Translations under genes and position numbers: made by a program | Part shown: one piece after another, positions 1-11,916 of the stretch | Layout: each line of letters starts with the position of its first letter | Numbering within the stretch: the stretch's first letter is position 1 | The notes under the pieces: model-generated | Told to the model about the DNA's origin: nothing | The model's input: only the letters and a program-made list of their open reading frames with translations | The model's database searches: none | From: an uncultured bacterium | GTDB lineage: Bacteria > Krumholzibacteriota > Krumholzibacteriia > Krumholzibacteriales > Krumholzibacteriaceae | DNA length: 64,000 nucleotides | Direction: 5' to 3' | NCBI GenBank assembly: GCA_963786935.1 | Contig: CAWBAN010000001.1 | Location: 1,120,001 to 1,184,000 of the forward strand

Positions 1-113
1 GGGGAGCAGGCAAAATGCAGGAGCGCCCTCCCGCCGGCGGGGGGATGTCTGGCAAGAAAATTTCCAGTGCGGAAAAGACCTTCGCGCCTCGCGTTCGGAG
101 CGGGGAAGCCCCC

Positions 114-1088
114 CTACGAAGCGTAGCCGTCGGGATGAGCCTTCTTCCACGCGTAGGCGTCCCGCAGGATCGTCTCGATCCCGGGATGGAATCTCTTCCA
201 TCCGAGATCCATCTCGGCCCTGTCGGATGACGCGACGAGAACCGCGGGATCTCCGGGACGGCGCTCGCCGAAGCGGTACGGGATCCTCAGTCCGGTCACC
301 CGCTCCGCGGCATGAATGACCTCGAGAACGGTGAATCCGAGGCCGTTGCCGAGGTTCAGGACGCCGCTGTAGCCGTCGATGAGCTTCTCGAGGCCGAGGA
401 GGTGCGCCGAGGCGAGGTCCTTGACGTGGATGTAGTCGCGCACGCACGTGCCGTCGCGCGTCGGATAGTCCTTCCCGTAGACGACGAGCTCGTCCCGGCG
501 GCCGAGCGCGACGTCGAGAACGAGGGGGATGAGATGCGTTTCGGGCCGGTGATCCTCGCCGTGGCTTTCCCCCGCCCCCGCGGCGTTGAAGTAGCGGAGC
601 GAAAGCGCCTTGAGCCCCCACGCGGCGGAACAGTCGGCGAGAATCCGCTCGATGGCGAGCTTCGTGTTGCCGTACGCGTTGAGCGGACGGAGCGGCGCGT
701 CCTCCCCGATGGGAGTCTCGTCGGGCTCGCCGTAGACCGCGGCGGACGAGGAAAAAAGGAAATACTTCACGCCGTTTCTCCTCATGGCGTCGAGGAGCGA
801 AACAGCGCCGCCGATGTTGTTCCGGTAGTACTTGAGCGGATCGGCGACCGACTCGGCCACCTGCGAGAACGCCGCGAAATGGCAGACGGCGTCGATGCCG
901 TCGAGCGCCGGAACGAGGAAACCCTCGTCGAGGAGATTTCCCTCGCGGAAGGACGCGCGCCGGGCGACCGCGGTCCGGTGACCCGTGGACAGATCGTCGA
1001 CGATGACGACGTCATGAGCGCCCGCGAGCAGATGCTCCGTGACGACACTGCCGATGTAGCCGGCGCCGCCCGTGACCAGAATTCTCAT
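114..1088 (-). CDS. galE: UDP-glucose 4-epimerase
   Basis: [17 protein letters not shown]-binding motif, FSSSAAVYG, YGNTK (YxxxK), LRYFN, RDYIHV; ATG at 1088 overlaps the uvrA stop (ATGA). Confidence 0.95.
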   Translation of the reverse strand: MRILVTGGAGYIGSVVTEHLLAGAHDVVIVDDLSTGHRTAVARRASFREGNLLDEGFLVPALDGIDAVCHFAAFSQVAESVADPLKYYRNNIGGAVSLLDAMRRNGVKYFLFSSSAAVYGEPDETPIGEDAPLRPLNAYGNTKLAIERILADCSAAWGLKALSLRYFNAAGAGESHGEDHRPETHLIPLVLDVALGRRDELVVYGKDYPTRDGTCVRDYIHVKDLASAHLLGLEKLIDGYSGVLNLGNGLGFTVLEVIHAAERVTGLRIPYRFGERRPGDPAVLVASSDRAEMDLGWKRFHPGIETILRDAYAWKKAHPDGYAS

Positions 1089-3855
1089 TTCGTCCGACCT
1101 CCATACCTGGCGAGATAAGCGCCGAGATACTTCCCCGTGAGGGACGCGCGCGATTGTACGATGCTCTCGGGAGGGCCGCAAGCGATAACCGAGCCTCCCT
1201 CCTCCCCGCCGCCCGGCCCGAGATCGATCACGTGATCGGCCCAGGCGATGACCTCCATGTTGTGCTCGATGACGACGACCGTGTGCCCGGCCGCCACGAG
1301 CTCGTCGAACACGCCGAGGAGCCGGTCGACGTCGCTCATGTGAAGCCCGGTCGTCGGCTCGTCGAGGATGTAGAGGTTGCGCTGCCCCGCCGACTCGGCG
1401 AGCTCGCGCGCGATCTTGATGCGCTGCGCCTCCCCCCCGAAAGCGTGTTCGACGGCTGACCGAGGGTGAGGTAGCCGAGACCGACCTTCGAGAGAATCCA
1501 GAGCTTCTCCCCGAGCTGCGGCGCCGCGTCGAAGAAGAGGATCGCGTCGTCGACCGTCAAGGCGAGGACCTCGCTGATGTCCTTCCCGCGGTATCGAACC
1601 TCGAGCGTCTCGGCGTTGTAGCGCCTTCCCTCGCATTCCTCGCAGGGAACGAAGACGTCGGCCATGAAATGCATCTCGACGCGCCGGAATCCCATGCCCT
1701 GGCAGCGCGGACAGCGCCCCCCGGATTTATTGAAGCTGAACCGGCCCGCGTCGAACCCGCGCGCGCGGGCGGCCTGCTGGGACGCGAATATGTCGCGGAT
1801 GAACGAGAACCCCTTGATATACGTGATCGGATTCGACCGGGGGGACGAGCCGATCGCGCTCTGGTCGACGAGCAGCACGCGGTCGAGCGCGCCCCGGACG
1901 TCGCACTTCCCGATCCCGAGACGCCCCGGCGGAATCCGGTCCCGCGCCGCCGACGGGTAAAGCACGTCGACGACGAGGCTGCTCTTGCCCGAGCCGGAGA
2001 CTCCCGTCACGCAGGTCACGAGGCCGAGCGGGATGCTCACGTCGATACCCTTGAGGTTGTGCTCCACGACCCCCGAGAGCTCGATCGTGCCGTACTGGCG
2101 CCGCCGACGCTTGGGCACCGCCGACCCGGGCCGCTCGTGAAAGAGCCAGTCGATCGTCTTCGACTCCGCGACGCGCGCCGTGCGGGCGCGCTCCACGGTG
2201 CCGCTGAAAAGCACCGCTCCCCCCCGGCTCCCCGGGCCCGGCCCGAGATCCACGAGGTAATCGCACGAGCCGATGATGTCGGGATCGTGCTCGACGACGA
2301 GGACGGTGTTGCCGAGGTCCCGGAGCCGGCGGAGCACCGAGACGAGCCGCTCGTTATCGGCGGCGTGGAGCCCGATCGACGGCTCGTCGAGGATGTAGAG
2401 GGCGTCGACGAGATTGGCGCCGAGGGAGTTCGCGAGATTGATGCGCTGCGCCTCCCCTCCCGAGAGGGTGCGGGTCAACCGGTCGAGCGTGAGGTACCCG
2501 AGCCCCACGTCGATCATGAACCGCAGGCGGGCCGCGACCTCCGACAGGATGTCCCGCGCGATGCGCCGTTCCTGCTCGGTGTACGGGGCCTCTTCGATCG
2601 CCTCGAGCGCGCGCGCCGGAATCATCCGGACAATGTCGCGTACCGTGAATTCCCCGATCTTCACGTTGTACGCGTCGCGCGTGAGCCGCCCCCCCTCGCA
2701 CGTGCGGCACGTCGTGAACGCCATGTACTTGCGCGTGAAGAAGCGGTGCCCCTTCTTGTAGCTCTTCTCCCGGAGCTTCTCGAGGAACGGGATCACCCCG
2801 AGATATTTGCCCTCCCCCTCGAGGACGAGCTTCCTCGCGTCGGCGCTCAGGTTCATCCATGGAACGGCGGTCGGAACGCGTTTCGCGCGGCAGAACTCGA
2901 GGAGCCGGTGCTGGAAATAGGCGAAGCGCTCGCGCGACCACGGATCGATCGCCCGCTTCTCGATCGACAGCCGCCGGTCCGGAACGATGAGGCCTTCCGA
3001 AAATTCCATCCGGTCGCCGAATCCGTGGCAGTCGGGACACGCGCCGTACGGGCTGTTGAACGAGAAGAGGAGCGGGCTCGGCGCCTGAAAGGACGCGCCG
3101 CACGAGGAGCAGAGCGGCGCCTGGGTGAAGCGGCGCGTTGCGCCCGCTTCGTCGACGATCTCGATGCTCCCCGCGGACTCCCGGTACGCGAGCTCGACGA
3201 CCTCCGCGATGCGGGTCCTGTTCGCCTCGACCGCATCGAGACGGTCGAGGAGCACCGCAATCTCGGCGCTCCCGCCCTTCCCGACCGCGAAATCCTCGAT
3301 GCGGACGGCTTCTCCCCCGACGAAGAGCCTCGAATACCCCCTCGAGAGCAGGTAGCCGCGCCTCGTCTTCCAGGCGGCCGCGTCGACGGATCCGATCGGC
3401 ATCACGAGATTGATCCGCTTCCCCCCACAGGCGCCGATGATCTCCTGCGCCGCGTCGCTCGGCGTGTGCGCGCGCACCTCGATGCGGCAGCGGGGGCAGA
3501 CGGTTCTGCCGACGCGGGCGAACAGCAATCGCAGATAGTCGTAGATCTCCGTCGCCGTGCCGACGGTCGAGCGCGCGCTCGTCACCGTGTTCTTCTGCCT
3601 GATCGCGATCGTCGGGCTCAGGCCGGAAATGTCGTCGACGTCGGGGCGCTCGAGCTTCTCGATGAACTGCCGGGCGTACGTCGAGAGCGATTCGATGTAG
3701 CGGCGCTGCCCCTCGGCGAAGATCGTGTCGAAGGCGAGCGACGATTTGCCCGAGCCGGAAACGCCGGTGACGACGATGAGGGCGCGCCTCGGGAGCTCGA
3801 GATCGATGTTCTTGAGATTGTGCTGGCGCGCGCCCCGGATCCGGATCGTGTCCAT
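1085..3855 (-). CDS. uvrA: Excinuclease ABC subunit A, split by a 1-nt deletion in a G7 run at 1432-1438
   Basis: GARQHNLKN, two Walker A motifs [10 protein letters not shown], Zn-finger CxxC pairs, [12 protein letters not shown]. The second signature reads LSGG/RR in one frame and [14 protein letters not shown] in another; adding one G restores a ~923-aa protein. Confidence 0.92.
1153..1181 (-). promoter_or_regulatory. Putative internal sigma70 promoter for galE inside the 3' end of uvrA
   Basis: TTGCGG (1181-1176)-N17-TACAAT (1158-1153) on the minus strand. Confidence 0.4.
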
Positions 3856-3889
3856 ACCCACCGTCTTTTCGTGCAAAGGGCAATTACCC

Positions 3890-3969
3890 ATTGTATCAGG
3901 ACGAGCGGGGACGCGCAACAGCGCATTTCCCGGCGGGCGCTTGCGTCGGACGGAGATATCGGGTACGAT
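3890..3969. promoter_or_regulatory. Back-to-back divergent sigma70 promoters (uvrA / mazG)
   Basis: Minus: TTGCGC (3918-3913)-N17-TACAAT (3895-3890). Plus: TTGCGT (3941-3946)-N17-TACGAT (3964-3969). Confidence 0.55.
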
Positions 3970-4004
3970 CGCGCCGGCGCACTGAACGGGAAAGCGGGGA
4001 CAGT

Positions 4005-4847
4005 ATGGTGAAATCCGATCGCTCGATCGGCGCGGAGATCGCGGCCCTCAGGAAAACGCTCCGGAGGCTTCGGGCGCCGGGCGGCTGCCCGTGGGACCGC
4101 GAACGGGACATCGGGGACATGATCTCCTATCTCATCGAGGAGTCCTACGAGCTCCTCCAGGCCGGCGCCGGCAAGGACTGGCGCCACGTCGAAGAGGAGC
4201 TCGGCGACGTCTTCTTCATCCTCATCTTCATCCATGAGCTCCTCCTCGAGAAGCGGGATACGCCGCTCGCGGAGATCGTGTCGCGCGTCCACGCGAAGAT
4301 CGTCGGGCGTCACCCGCACGTCTTCGGCGGCACGCGTGCGTCGAACAGCGCGGAGAGCCTCGCCGAGTGGGAGCGGATGAAGCGGGCCGAGAAGCGCAAG
4401 AGGCCGGCCCGGGGCCTCCTCTCCGAGGTTCCCGCGAAGCTCCCGCCGCTGCGCCGGGCCGCCGCCGTCCAGCGAAAAGCGGCCGGCGTCGGATTCGACT
4501 GGCCCGACTGCGAAGGTATTCTCGAAAAGCTGCGCGAGGAGTCCGGAGAGCTCGCCGCGGAGCTCGCCGACGGCTCCCGGGCGCGGATCAAGGACGAGGT
4601 CGGCGACATCCTCTTCACGGCCGTGAACCTCGCCCGGTTCCTCGATGTCGATCCGGAGAGCGTCCTCGAGGGAACGACGCGGAAGTTCGTCCGGCGTTTC
4701 GGCGAGATCGAGCGCCGGGCGGCCCGGCGCGGGAAGAGACTCGACCGGATGAGCCTCGACGAGATGGAGCGCCTCTGGCAGGCGAGCAAGAAACGAAAGC
4801 CGAGGCGCGCCGCGCGCGCGCGTTCCGAGGGGTCGAACGCGCGGTAG
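4005..4847 (+). CDS. mazG: Nucleoside triphosphate pyrophosphohydrolase MazG (two-domain)
   Basis: LRAPGGCPWDR, IEESYEL, EELGDV, RHPHVFG, GFDW, EVGDILF motifs. Confidence 0.93.
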   Translation: MVKSDRSIGAEIAALRKTLRRLRAPGGCPWDRERDIGDMISYLIEESYELLQAGAGKDWRHVEEELGDVFFILIFIHELLLEKRDTPLAEIVSRVHAKIVGRHPHVFGGTRASNSAESLAEWERMKRAEKRKRPARGLLSEVPAKLPPLRRAAAVQRKAAGVGFDWPDCEGILEKLREESGELAAELADGSRARIKDEVGDILFTAVNLARFLDVDPESVLEGTTRKFVRRFGEIERRAARRGKRLDRMSLDEMERLWQASKKRKPRRAARARSEGSNAR

Positions 4848-4876
4848 ATCCCGGGCCGGGGAGATGCACCGACATG

Positions 4877-4904
4877 AAAAAAGGGGGCGACGAATCGCCC
4901 CCTT
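4877..4904 (-). terminator. Intrinsic terminator downstream of ompA (between convergent mazG/ompA)
   Basis: 10-bp stem aagggggcga/tcgccccctt with TTCG loop on the minus strand, followed by a T-tract. Confidence 0.8.
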
Positions 4905-4933
4905 CGCGTTTCATGCGCTCGGCTCGAGCGGCT

Positions 4934-6829
<1,896 letters not shown>

Positions 6830-6862
6830 GACCTGCCCTCCCGGGTGAGATGAATGATCGAA

Positions 6863-7174
6863 TCAATCTTCGGTGCCGTGTTCCGTCTCTTCCGTGCCCG
6901 CCCGTTTCGATTCGTCGAGATAGTTCATCTGGAGCTCCGTGACCACCGCGTTGATGATCCGCTGCTCGGCCGGCTCCAAGTTTCCGGCCGTTTTCTCCCG
7001 AATCATGACGAGCATGTCGATCGTAATGCGTGCCTGACGCAAATCCCGTTCCACTTTTCCGGTGATGGGGCTGACTAGTTTGCCGAGCTGCTGCAGCGCG
7101 AGTGTTTCGAACATCGCGACGAGGTGCGTGAAAAGAAAGGCGTTCCGGTCTCCGTCCTCGGAGTATTGTGCCAT
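6863..7174 (-). CDS. DUF1844 family protein
   Basis: ALQQLGKLVSPITGK...ARITIDML..IREKTAGNL...ELQMNY pattern. Confidence 0.8.
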   Translation of the reverse strand: MAQYSEDGDRNAFLFTHLVAMFETLALQQLGKLVSPITGKVERDLRQARITIDMLVMIREKTAGNLEPAEQRIINAVVTELQMNYLDESKRAGTEETEHGTED

Positions 7175-7203
7175 CGCCCGTCCCTCCCGTGTAATTACGC
7201 CCG

Positions 7204-7233
7204 ACTATACGGAGGACGGATCGATGCCGTCAA
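7204..7233 (-). promoter_or_regulatory. Putative sigma70 promoter for DUF1844-ompA
   Basis: TTGACG-N18-TATAGT. Confidence 0.55.
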
Positions 7234-7243
7234 CGAAAAACCG

Positions 7244-7807
7244 TCAGTCCACCTTCCGCTCCGATGCGAACCAGATCATCTTCGCCGGCTCGCCGGGCGA
7301 CCCGTTCGCGTACCCGTGGTTCTGATTGGCGATGAAGTAGATGCTGTCCCCTTCTCCGAGATCGTGCGACTCGTCGGCGATCCTGAACCGCACCGTGCCC
7401 TGGAGCACGAGCGCCGCTTCGTCCCCCTCGTGCGCATGGAGCGAAATCTCGCGCGATCCGGCCGGCGGCATCGTGATGAGCTGCGCGTTGATCTTGCCGC
7501 TCGGGATCGATTTCGTGAGCAGCTCCGCCGTTCCCGGGCAGCGCCCGAGCGCGCATTGCTTGCGATCCTCGAACGCGACGAAGGACACGTCGTCGAGCTC
7601 TTCGTTCTCGATGAAATACGCCGGATCCCGCTCGAGCGCTTCCGCGATCCTGATGAGCGCTCCGATCGTCGGCGAGGTTTTGCCCCGTTCGATCTCCGAG
7701 ATATGCGTCGCGGAAATGCCGGCCTTCGCCTCGACGTTCTTGAGGGTGAGATGCTGCTCTTCCCGAATCTTCTTGATCCGCTTCCCGATTTCGTCCTTCG
7801 ATATCAT
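7244..7807 (-). CDS. XRE-family HTH + cupin transcriptional regulator (paralogue 2)
   Basis: IGKRIKKIR...SEIERGKTSPT HTH; HAHEGDE and GEGDSIYF cupin motifs. Confidence 0.9.
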   Translation of the reverse strand: MISKDEIGKRIKKIREEQHLTLKNVEAKAGISATHISEIERGKTSPTIGALIRIAEALERDPAYFIENEELDDVSFVAFEDRKQCALGRCPGTAELLTKSIPSGKINAQLITMPPAGSREISLHAHEGDEAALVLQGTVRFRIADESHDLGEGDSIYFIANQNHGYANGSPGEPAKMIWFASERKVD

Positions 7808-7842
7808 TGCTCCACGATCCTCCTCGCCGGTCTCCGCGGCTG

Positions 7843-8403
7843 TCACAGGCTGTACGGCGGCAGCGTCACCCAGATCGCGCGGCACTTCGCGTCCCCGATG
7901 TTCCGCATCGCGTGGGGCTTCGACGCCTTGTAATGGATGCTGTCGCCCTCCTTGAGGATGTATTTCTGCTCGCCGATGATGATCTCCATGACTCCCTTCG
8001 TGACCATCGCGAACTCCTCGCCGCCGTGCGTGCTCGTCTCCTCGGGACGCTTGATTCCCGGCTCGAGCTCGACCTCGAGGAAGGATATTTTCGGAGTCTG
8101 CACGTCCTTGGCCAGGGAGTAATAGGTGGCGCCCCAATCCTTGAACTGCATCTTCTTGCGCCTCGACTTGTTGATGACGGAGACCTTCGAGACGTTCTGC
8201 TTCTCCACGAAATACGCGACGTCAGTGCCCATCGCCTCGGCGATCTTCGCGAGGGCTCCCACGGTGGGAGAGGTCATCCCGCGCTCGATCTCGGAGACGT
8301 GCGTCGCCGAAACCTTCGCCTTGACCTCGATGTCCTTGAGCGTAAGTCCCTTGGAGAGGCGGAATTGCTTGATCCGCGCGCCTATTTCGTCTTTCCCGTT
8401 CAT
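7843..8403 (-). CDS. XRE-family HTH + cupin transcriptional regulator (paralogue 1)
   Basis: IGARIKQFR...SEIERGMTSPT HTH; THGGEE and EGDSIHY..PH cupin motifs; GGAGG RBS before ATG 8403. Confidence 0.9.
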   Translation of the reverse strand: MNGKDEIGARIKQFRLSKGLTLKDIEVKAKVSATHVSEIERGMTSPTVGALAKIAEAMGTDVAYFVEKQNVSKVSVINKSRRKKMQFKDWGATYYSLAKDVQTPKISFLEVELEPGIKRPEETSTHGGEEFAMVTKGVMEIIIGEQKYILKEGDSIHYKASKPHAMRNIGDAKCRAIWVTLPPYSL

Positions 8404-8462
8404 TGCCTTCCCCTCCATTGCCCACATAATTGAAAAAAGCAAGAAAACGACGATTAGTCTTT

Positions 8463-8491
8463 ATATTAAGTTAAGAACCACCTATTTTCAA
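8463..8491 (-). promoter_or_regulatory. Putative sigma70 promoter for the XRE pair
   Basis: TTGAAA-N17-TAATAT in an AT-rich intergenic region. Confidence 0.55.
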
Positions 8492-8615
8492 CAATTAATT
8501 TTCCCATTCATGATTTATTCCATATTAATGCAATCGACGACAAACAAAGAAATTGAAGGCGAGGCGGGCCGGGATCGCCCCATTGTCCCACCCCCCGATA
8601 TCCCTTTCAAATTTC

Positions 8616-8644
8616 TAGACTTGATCACCACCTTCCCGTATATT
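8616..8644 (+). promoter_or_regulatory. Putative sigma70 promoter for the GT9-waaA-rSAM operon
   Basis: TAGACT-N17-TATATT. Confidence 0.5.
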
Positions 8645-8671
8645 CGACCAGAAAAGATGGAGTATATCGCA

Positions 8672-9718
8672 ATGTCGCAGGCTGCGGGCAAAATTTGTGT
8701 CATCCGCCTGGGCTCTCTGGGGGATCTGATCCTCATGGTTCCGATGCTGAGCGCCCTCCGGTCGAGATTTCCGTCGAAGGAAATACACCTCGTGTGCAAG
8801 GAGAAGTTCGCGGGGCTCTTCGAAGGGGGCGGCCTCGTCGATTCGTTCATCCCCGTGAAACGGGGGAACCTCCTCGAGATGCTCCGGCTCCGCGCCGCGC
8901 TGAACCGCGAGCGCTACGAAGCGATCATCGACGCGCACGGGGTCATCAGAAGCAATCTGCTGTTCCACTCGCTGCGGGCCGGGAAAAAGCTGCAGATCCG
9001 GAAGGACGAGCTCAAGAAAGCGGCGTTGATCGTCGGCAGGCTCAACCGGTACCGGCGCATCGAGTCCCAGGCGGAGCGCTATGCCGAGCTCGCCGCCCGG
9101 CTCGGCGCGCGGACGAACGCGATGCACGAGGGGCTCCCCCTCACTCCGGCCGCCGAGCGGCGCGCGGAGACGCTCCTCGGCGGCGACGGCGCCGGCCGTC
9201 CTTCGAGCCCCCTGATCGCGTTCGCCCCGGGCGCGCGCTGGCCGACGAAACGCTGGCCCGCGGAGCACTTCGCCCGGCTGATCGCGGAAGCGACGGCCCG
9301 GGGATTCCGGTGCCTCCTCATCGGGGGACCCGAGGACCGCGACGCGAACGCCGGCGTGGCGGCCCTCTCCGGGCGCGCCCCCCTCGACCTCACGGGATCT
9401 CTCTCGATCGTGGAATCGGCCGCGGTGCTGAAACGGTGCGCCGCGCTCGTGACGAACGACTCCGCGCCGCTCCACCTCGCCGAGGCGGTCGGCACCCCGG
9501 TCGTCGCCTTCTTCGGCCCGACGGTGCGCGAGTTCGGCTATTATCCGCGGCTCGCGCTCAGCAGGGCGCTCGAGACGGCGCTCGCGTGCCGCCCCTGCTC
9601 GAGAAACGGCAAGCGCTCGTGCCCGTACGGCACCAAGAAATGCCTCACGTCGATCGAGCCGCCGACGGCATTCGAAGCGCTCCTCGGAACGATCGGGGAA
9701 CCGCGGGGACGCTCATGA
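8672..9718 (+). CDS. Glycosyltransferase family 9 (LPS heptosyltransferase, WaaF-like)
   Basis: IRLGSLGDLIL, PGARWPTKRWP, VTNDSAPLHLA, FGPT; GGAG RBS. Confidence 0.9.
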   Translation: MSQAAGKICVIRLGSLGDLILMVPMLSALRSRFPSKEIHLVCKEKFAGLFEGGGLVDSFIPVKRGNLLEMLRLRAALNRERYEAIIDAHGVIRSNLLFHSLRAGKKLQIRKDELKKAALIVGRLNRYRRIESQAERYAELAARLGARTNAMHEGLPLTPAAERRAETLLGGDGAGRPSSPLIAFAPGARWPTKRWPAEHFARLIAEATARGFRCLLIGGPEDRDANAGVAALSGRAPLDLTGSLSIVESAAVLKRCAALVTNDSAPLHLAEAVGTPVVAFFGPTVREFGYYPRLALSRALETALACRPCSRNGKRSCPYGTKKCLTSIEPPTAFEALLGTIGEPRGRS

Positions 9719-11034
9719 GAATAGAGCACGCCATGTATAACGCGCTCCTGCCCGCCGCGGCTCTCGCCGCGCGCTGCGCCGCGCCGTTCAACGCGAAGAT
9801 CGCCGAGGGGCTTGCGGGGCGCCGGGGATTCGAGAACCGATGGCGCGCGAAGGCGGCCGCGCTCGAGCGCCGGGGGCCCCTCATCTGGTTCCACGTGTCG
9901 TCGGTCGGAGAGTTCGAGCAAGCGAAGCCGGTCATCGATCTCCTCGCGCGAAAGGCGGGCTCGTCGCTCGATATCGCGCTCACTTTCTTTTCGCCGTCGG
10001 GCATGAGCTACTACGAGCGTTTCGATCGCTCGAAAAAGATCGACGCGATACGATTCGTCGAGTATCTCCCCGTCGACACCGCGCGAAACATGCGCTTCTG
10101 CCTCGAAACGCTCGCGCCGGACATGATCGTGTACGTGAAGTTCGACATCTGGCCCAACCTCGTCGTCGAGGCCGCGCGGAGAAGCGTCCCCCAGGTGCTC
10201 GTCTCGGGAACCCTCTCGCCCGGCTCCGGCCGGCTCTCCCCGCTCGTGAGAGGCTACTTCGGATGGCTCTACTCCATGCTCGACGCGATCGCCGCCATCG
10301 CGGGGGAAGACGCCGGCCGCTTCCGGTCCCTTACCGACGGATCGGTCGAGATCGTCGAGGCGGGAGACACGAGGTTCGACCAGGTCTGCCGGAGGATCGA
10401 CGCGTCGGGCGTGACGCTCCCCGGCTGCATCGCCGCCTCGGGACGAACCTGGATCATCGCGGGGAGCACGTGGCCCCGGGACGAGGACGTCGTGATCCCG
10501 GGATTCGCGGCGCTCGGCCCCGCTCATCCGGAAGCCGGGCTCATCGTCGTTCCTCACGAGCCGACGGAGGAGCGTCTCGCCGGGATCGGCGCGGCGCTCG
10601 AGCGGGCACGCCTCCCCTTCCGGCTCCTCTCCGGGCTGAAGGACGCGTCGTCGTTCGCCGAGCCGGTCGTCGTCGCCGACGGCGTCGGCTACCTCGCCGA
10701 GCTGTACCGGGCGGGCGCGATGGCGTACGTCGGCGGGAGCTTCACGACGGGCGTGCACAACGTGATGGAGCCGGCGGTTCTGAAGCTCCCCGTGTTCTTC
10801 GGCCCGAGAATCGACAACTCCTTCGAAGCGCGGGAGCTCGTCCGCCTCGGGGCGGGAACGATCCTGCGCGCGGCCGGCGATTTCGCGCGGGAGTGCGGCG
10901 CGCTCCTCGCCGACGCCGAGCGGCTCGCGCGCACCGGAGAAACGGCGGCCCGATTCATACGAAATCATTGCGGAGCCGCCCTCCGTTGCGTAGATTTGAT
11001 CGACCAGCGCCTCGAACGGAAAGGGACCCGGTGA
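9715..11034 (+). CDS. waaA: 3-deoxy-D-manno-octulosonic acid (Kdo) transferase
   Basis: IWFHVSSVGEF, GDTRFD, AGSTW, VPHE, YVGGSF, HNVMEPA; ATGA overlap with the GT9 stop. Confidence 0.9.
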   Translation: MRIEHAMYNALLPAAALAARCAAPFNAKIAEGLAGRRGFENRWRAKAAALERRGPLIWFHVSSVGEFEQAKPVIDLLARKAGSSLDIALTFFSPSGMSYYERFDRSKKIDAIRFVEYLPVDTARNMRFCLETLAPDMIVYVKFDIWPNLVVEAARRSVPQVLVSGTLSPGSGRLSPLVRGYFGWLYSMLDAIAAIAGEDAGRFRSLTDGSVEIVEAGDTRFDQVCRRIDASGVTLPGCIAASGRTWIIAGSTWPRDEDVVIPGFAALGPAHPEAGLIVVPHEPTEERLAGIGAALERARLPFRLLSGLKDASSFAEPVVVADGVGYLAELYRAGAMAYVGGSFTTGVHNVMEPAVLKLPVFFGPRIDNSFEARELVRLGAGTILRAAGDFARECGALLADAERLARTGETAARFIRNHCGAALRCVDLIDQRLERKGTR

Positions 11035-11891
11035 ACCCTCATCTGAAACCGCCCGCGCAGCCGCGCTACATCCAGATCGAGTCGATTCTCGGATGCGACG
11101 CCGCGTGCCCGTTCTGCCCCCAGAAGACGATCGATCGCAAACCGGCCATCATGAGCGATGCGACGTGGCGGAAGATCATCGACGACACGCGCGGGCTCGG
11201 CATCACCTATCGCCCCTTCCTCCAGAACGAGGCGCTCATCGACAAGCGTCTCCCCGAGATCATCCGGTACATCAAGGAGGATCCGACCGCGCGCGCGGAG
11301 ATCAACACGAACGGAAGCCTCCTCGACGAGAAGCGGGGCGCGGCCCTCATCGAGGCGGGGATCGATGTCGTCCGCTTCAGCATCGACGCGTTCTCGCGCG
11401 AGACCTTCGCGGCGTGCCGCGTCGGGCTCGACTACGACACGGTCGTCGAGAACGCGAACCGCTTCATCGAGGCCGCGGCCCGGACGCGCGGGCGCGTCGT
11501 GACCGAGGTGCGGATGATCGACATGGAATCCACGAAGCGCGAGCAGCGTCCGTTCCTCGACTACTGGGGCGGGCGGGCCGATCGGGCGCTCGTCGTTCCG
11601 CTCTACCATTGGCCGTGGGACGAGGGCGTCGAGATGGTCCGCAAGCCGTGCCTCAAGATGCGCGAGGAGATGTTCTTCTACACCGACGGCCGCGCGGTGC
11701 TCTGCTGCTGGGACATCGCGGGGCGCGCGGCGATCGGCGACGTCACCAAGGAGAGCGTCCTCGACATCTGGAACGGCGAGACGCGGCGCCGGTACGCCGA
11801 TTTCCTCTCGCGCGGCGAGCGCGACCGGATTATCCTCTGCTCGCGCTGCGACGCCTACCGCGACCGGCACTTCGACGGCTTCGACGACTGA
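11031..11891 (+). CDS. Radical SAM protein with SPASM/Twitch-like C-terminal domain
   Basis: CDAACPFC (CxxxCxxC), NTNG, C-terminal C...CC...CxxC; GTGA overlap with the waaA stop. Confidence 0.88.
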   Translation: MNPHLKPPAQPRYIQIESILGCDAACPFCPQKTIDRKPAIMSDATWRKIIDDTRGLGITYRPFLQNEALIDKRLPEIIRYIKEDPTARAEINTNGSLLDEKRGAALIEAGIDVVRFSIDAFSRETFAACRVGLDYDTVVENANRFIEAAARTRGRVVTEVRMIDMESTKREQRPFLDYWGGRADRALVVPLYHWPWDEGVEMVRKPCLKMREEMFFYTDGRAVLCCWDIAGRAAIGDVTKESVLDIWNGETRRRYADFLSRGERDRIILCSRCDAYRDRHFDGFDD

Positions 11892-11916
11892 ATCACCGAT
11901 AACCGATCGAATCCGC

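Noticed and set aside
8126..8671. N-terminal extension of the GT9 ORF and the small ORF 8515-8850
   Set aside because: Runs through an AT-rich promoter region and antisense to the XRE gene; GT9 similarity begins near 8672
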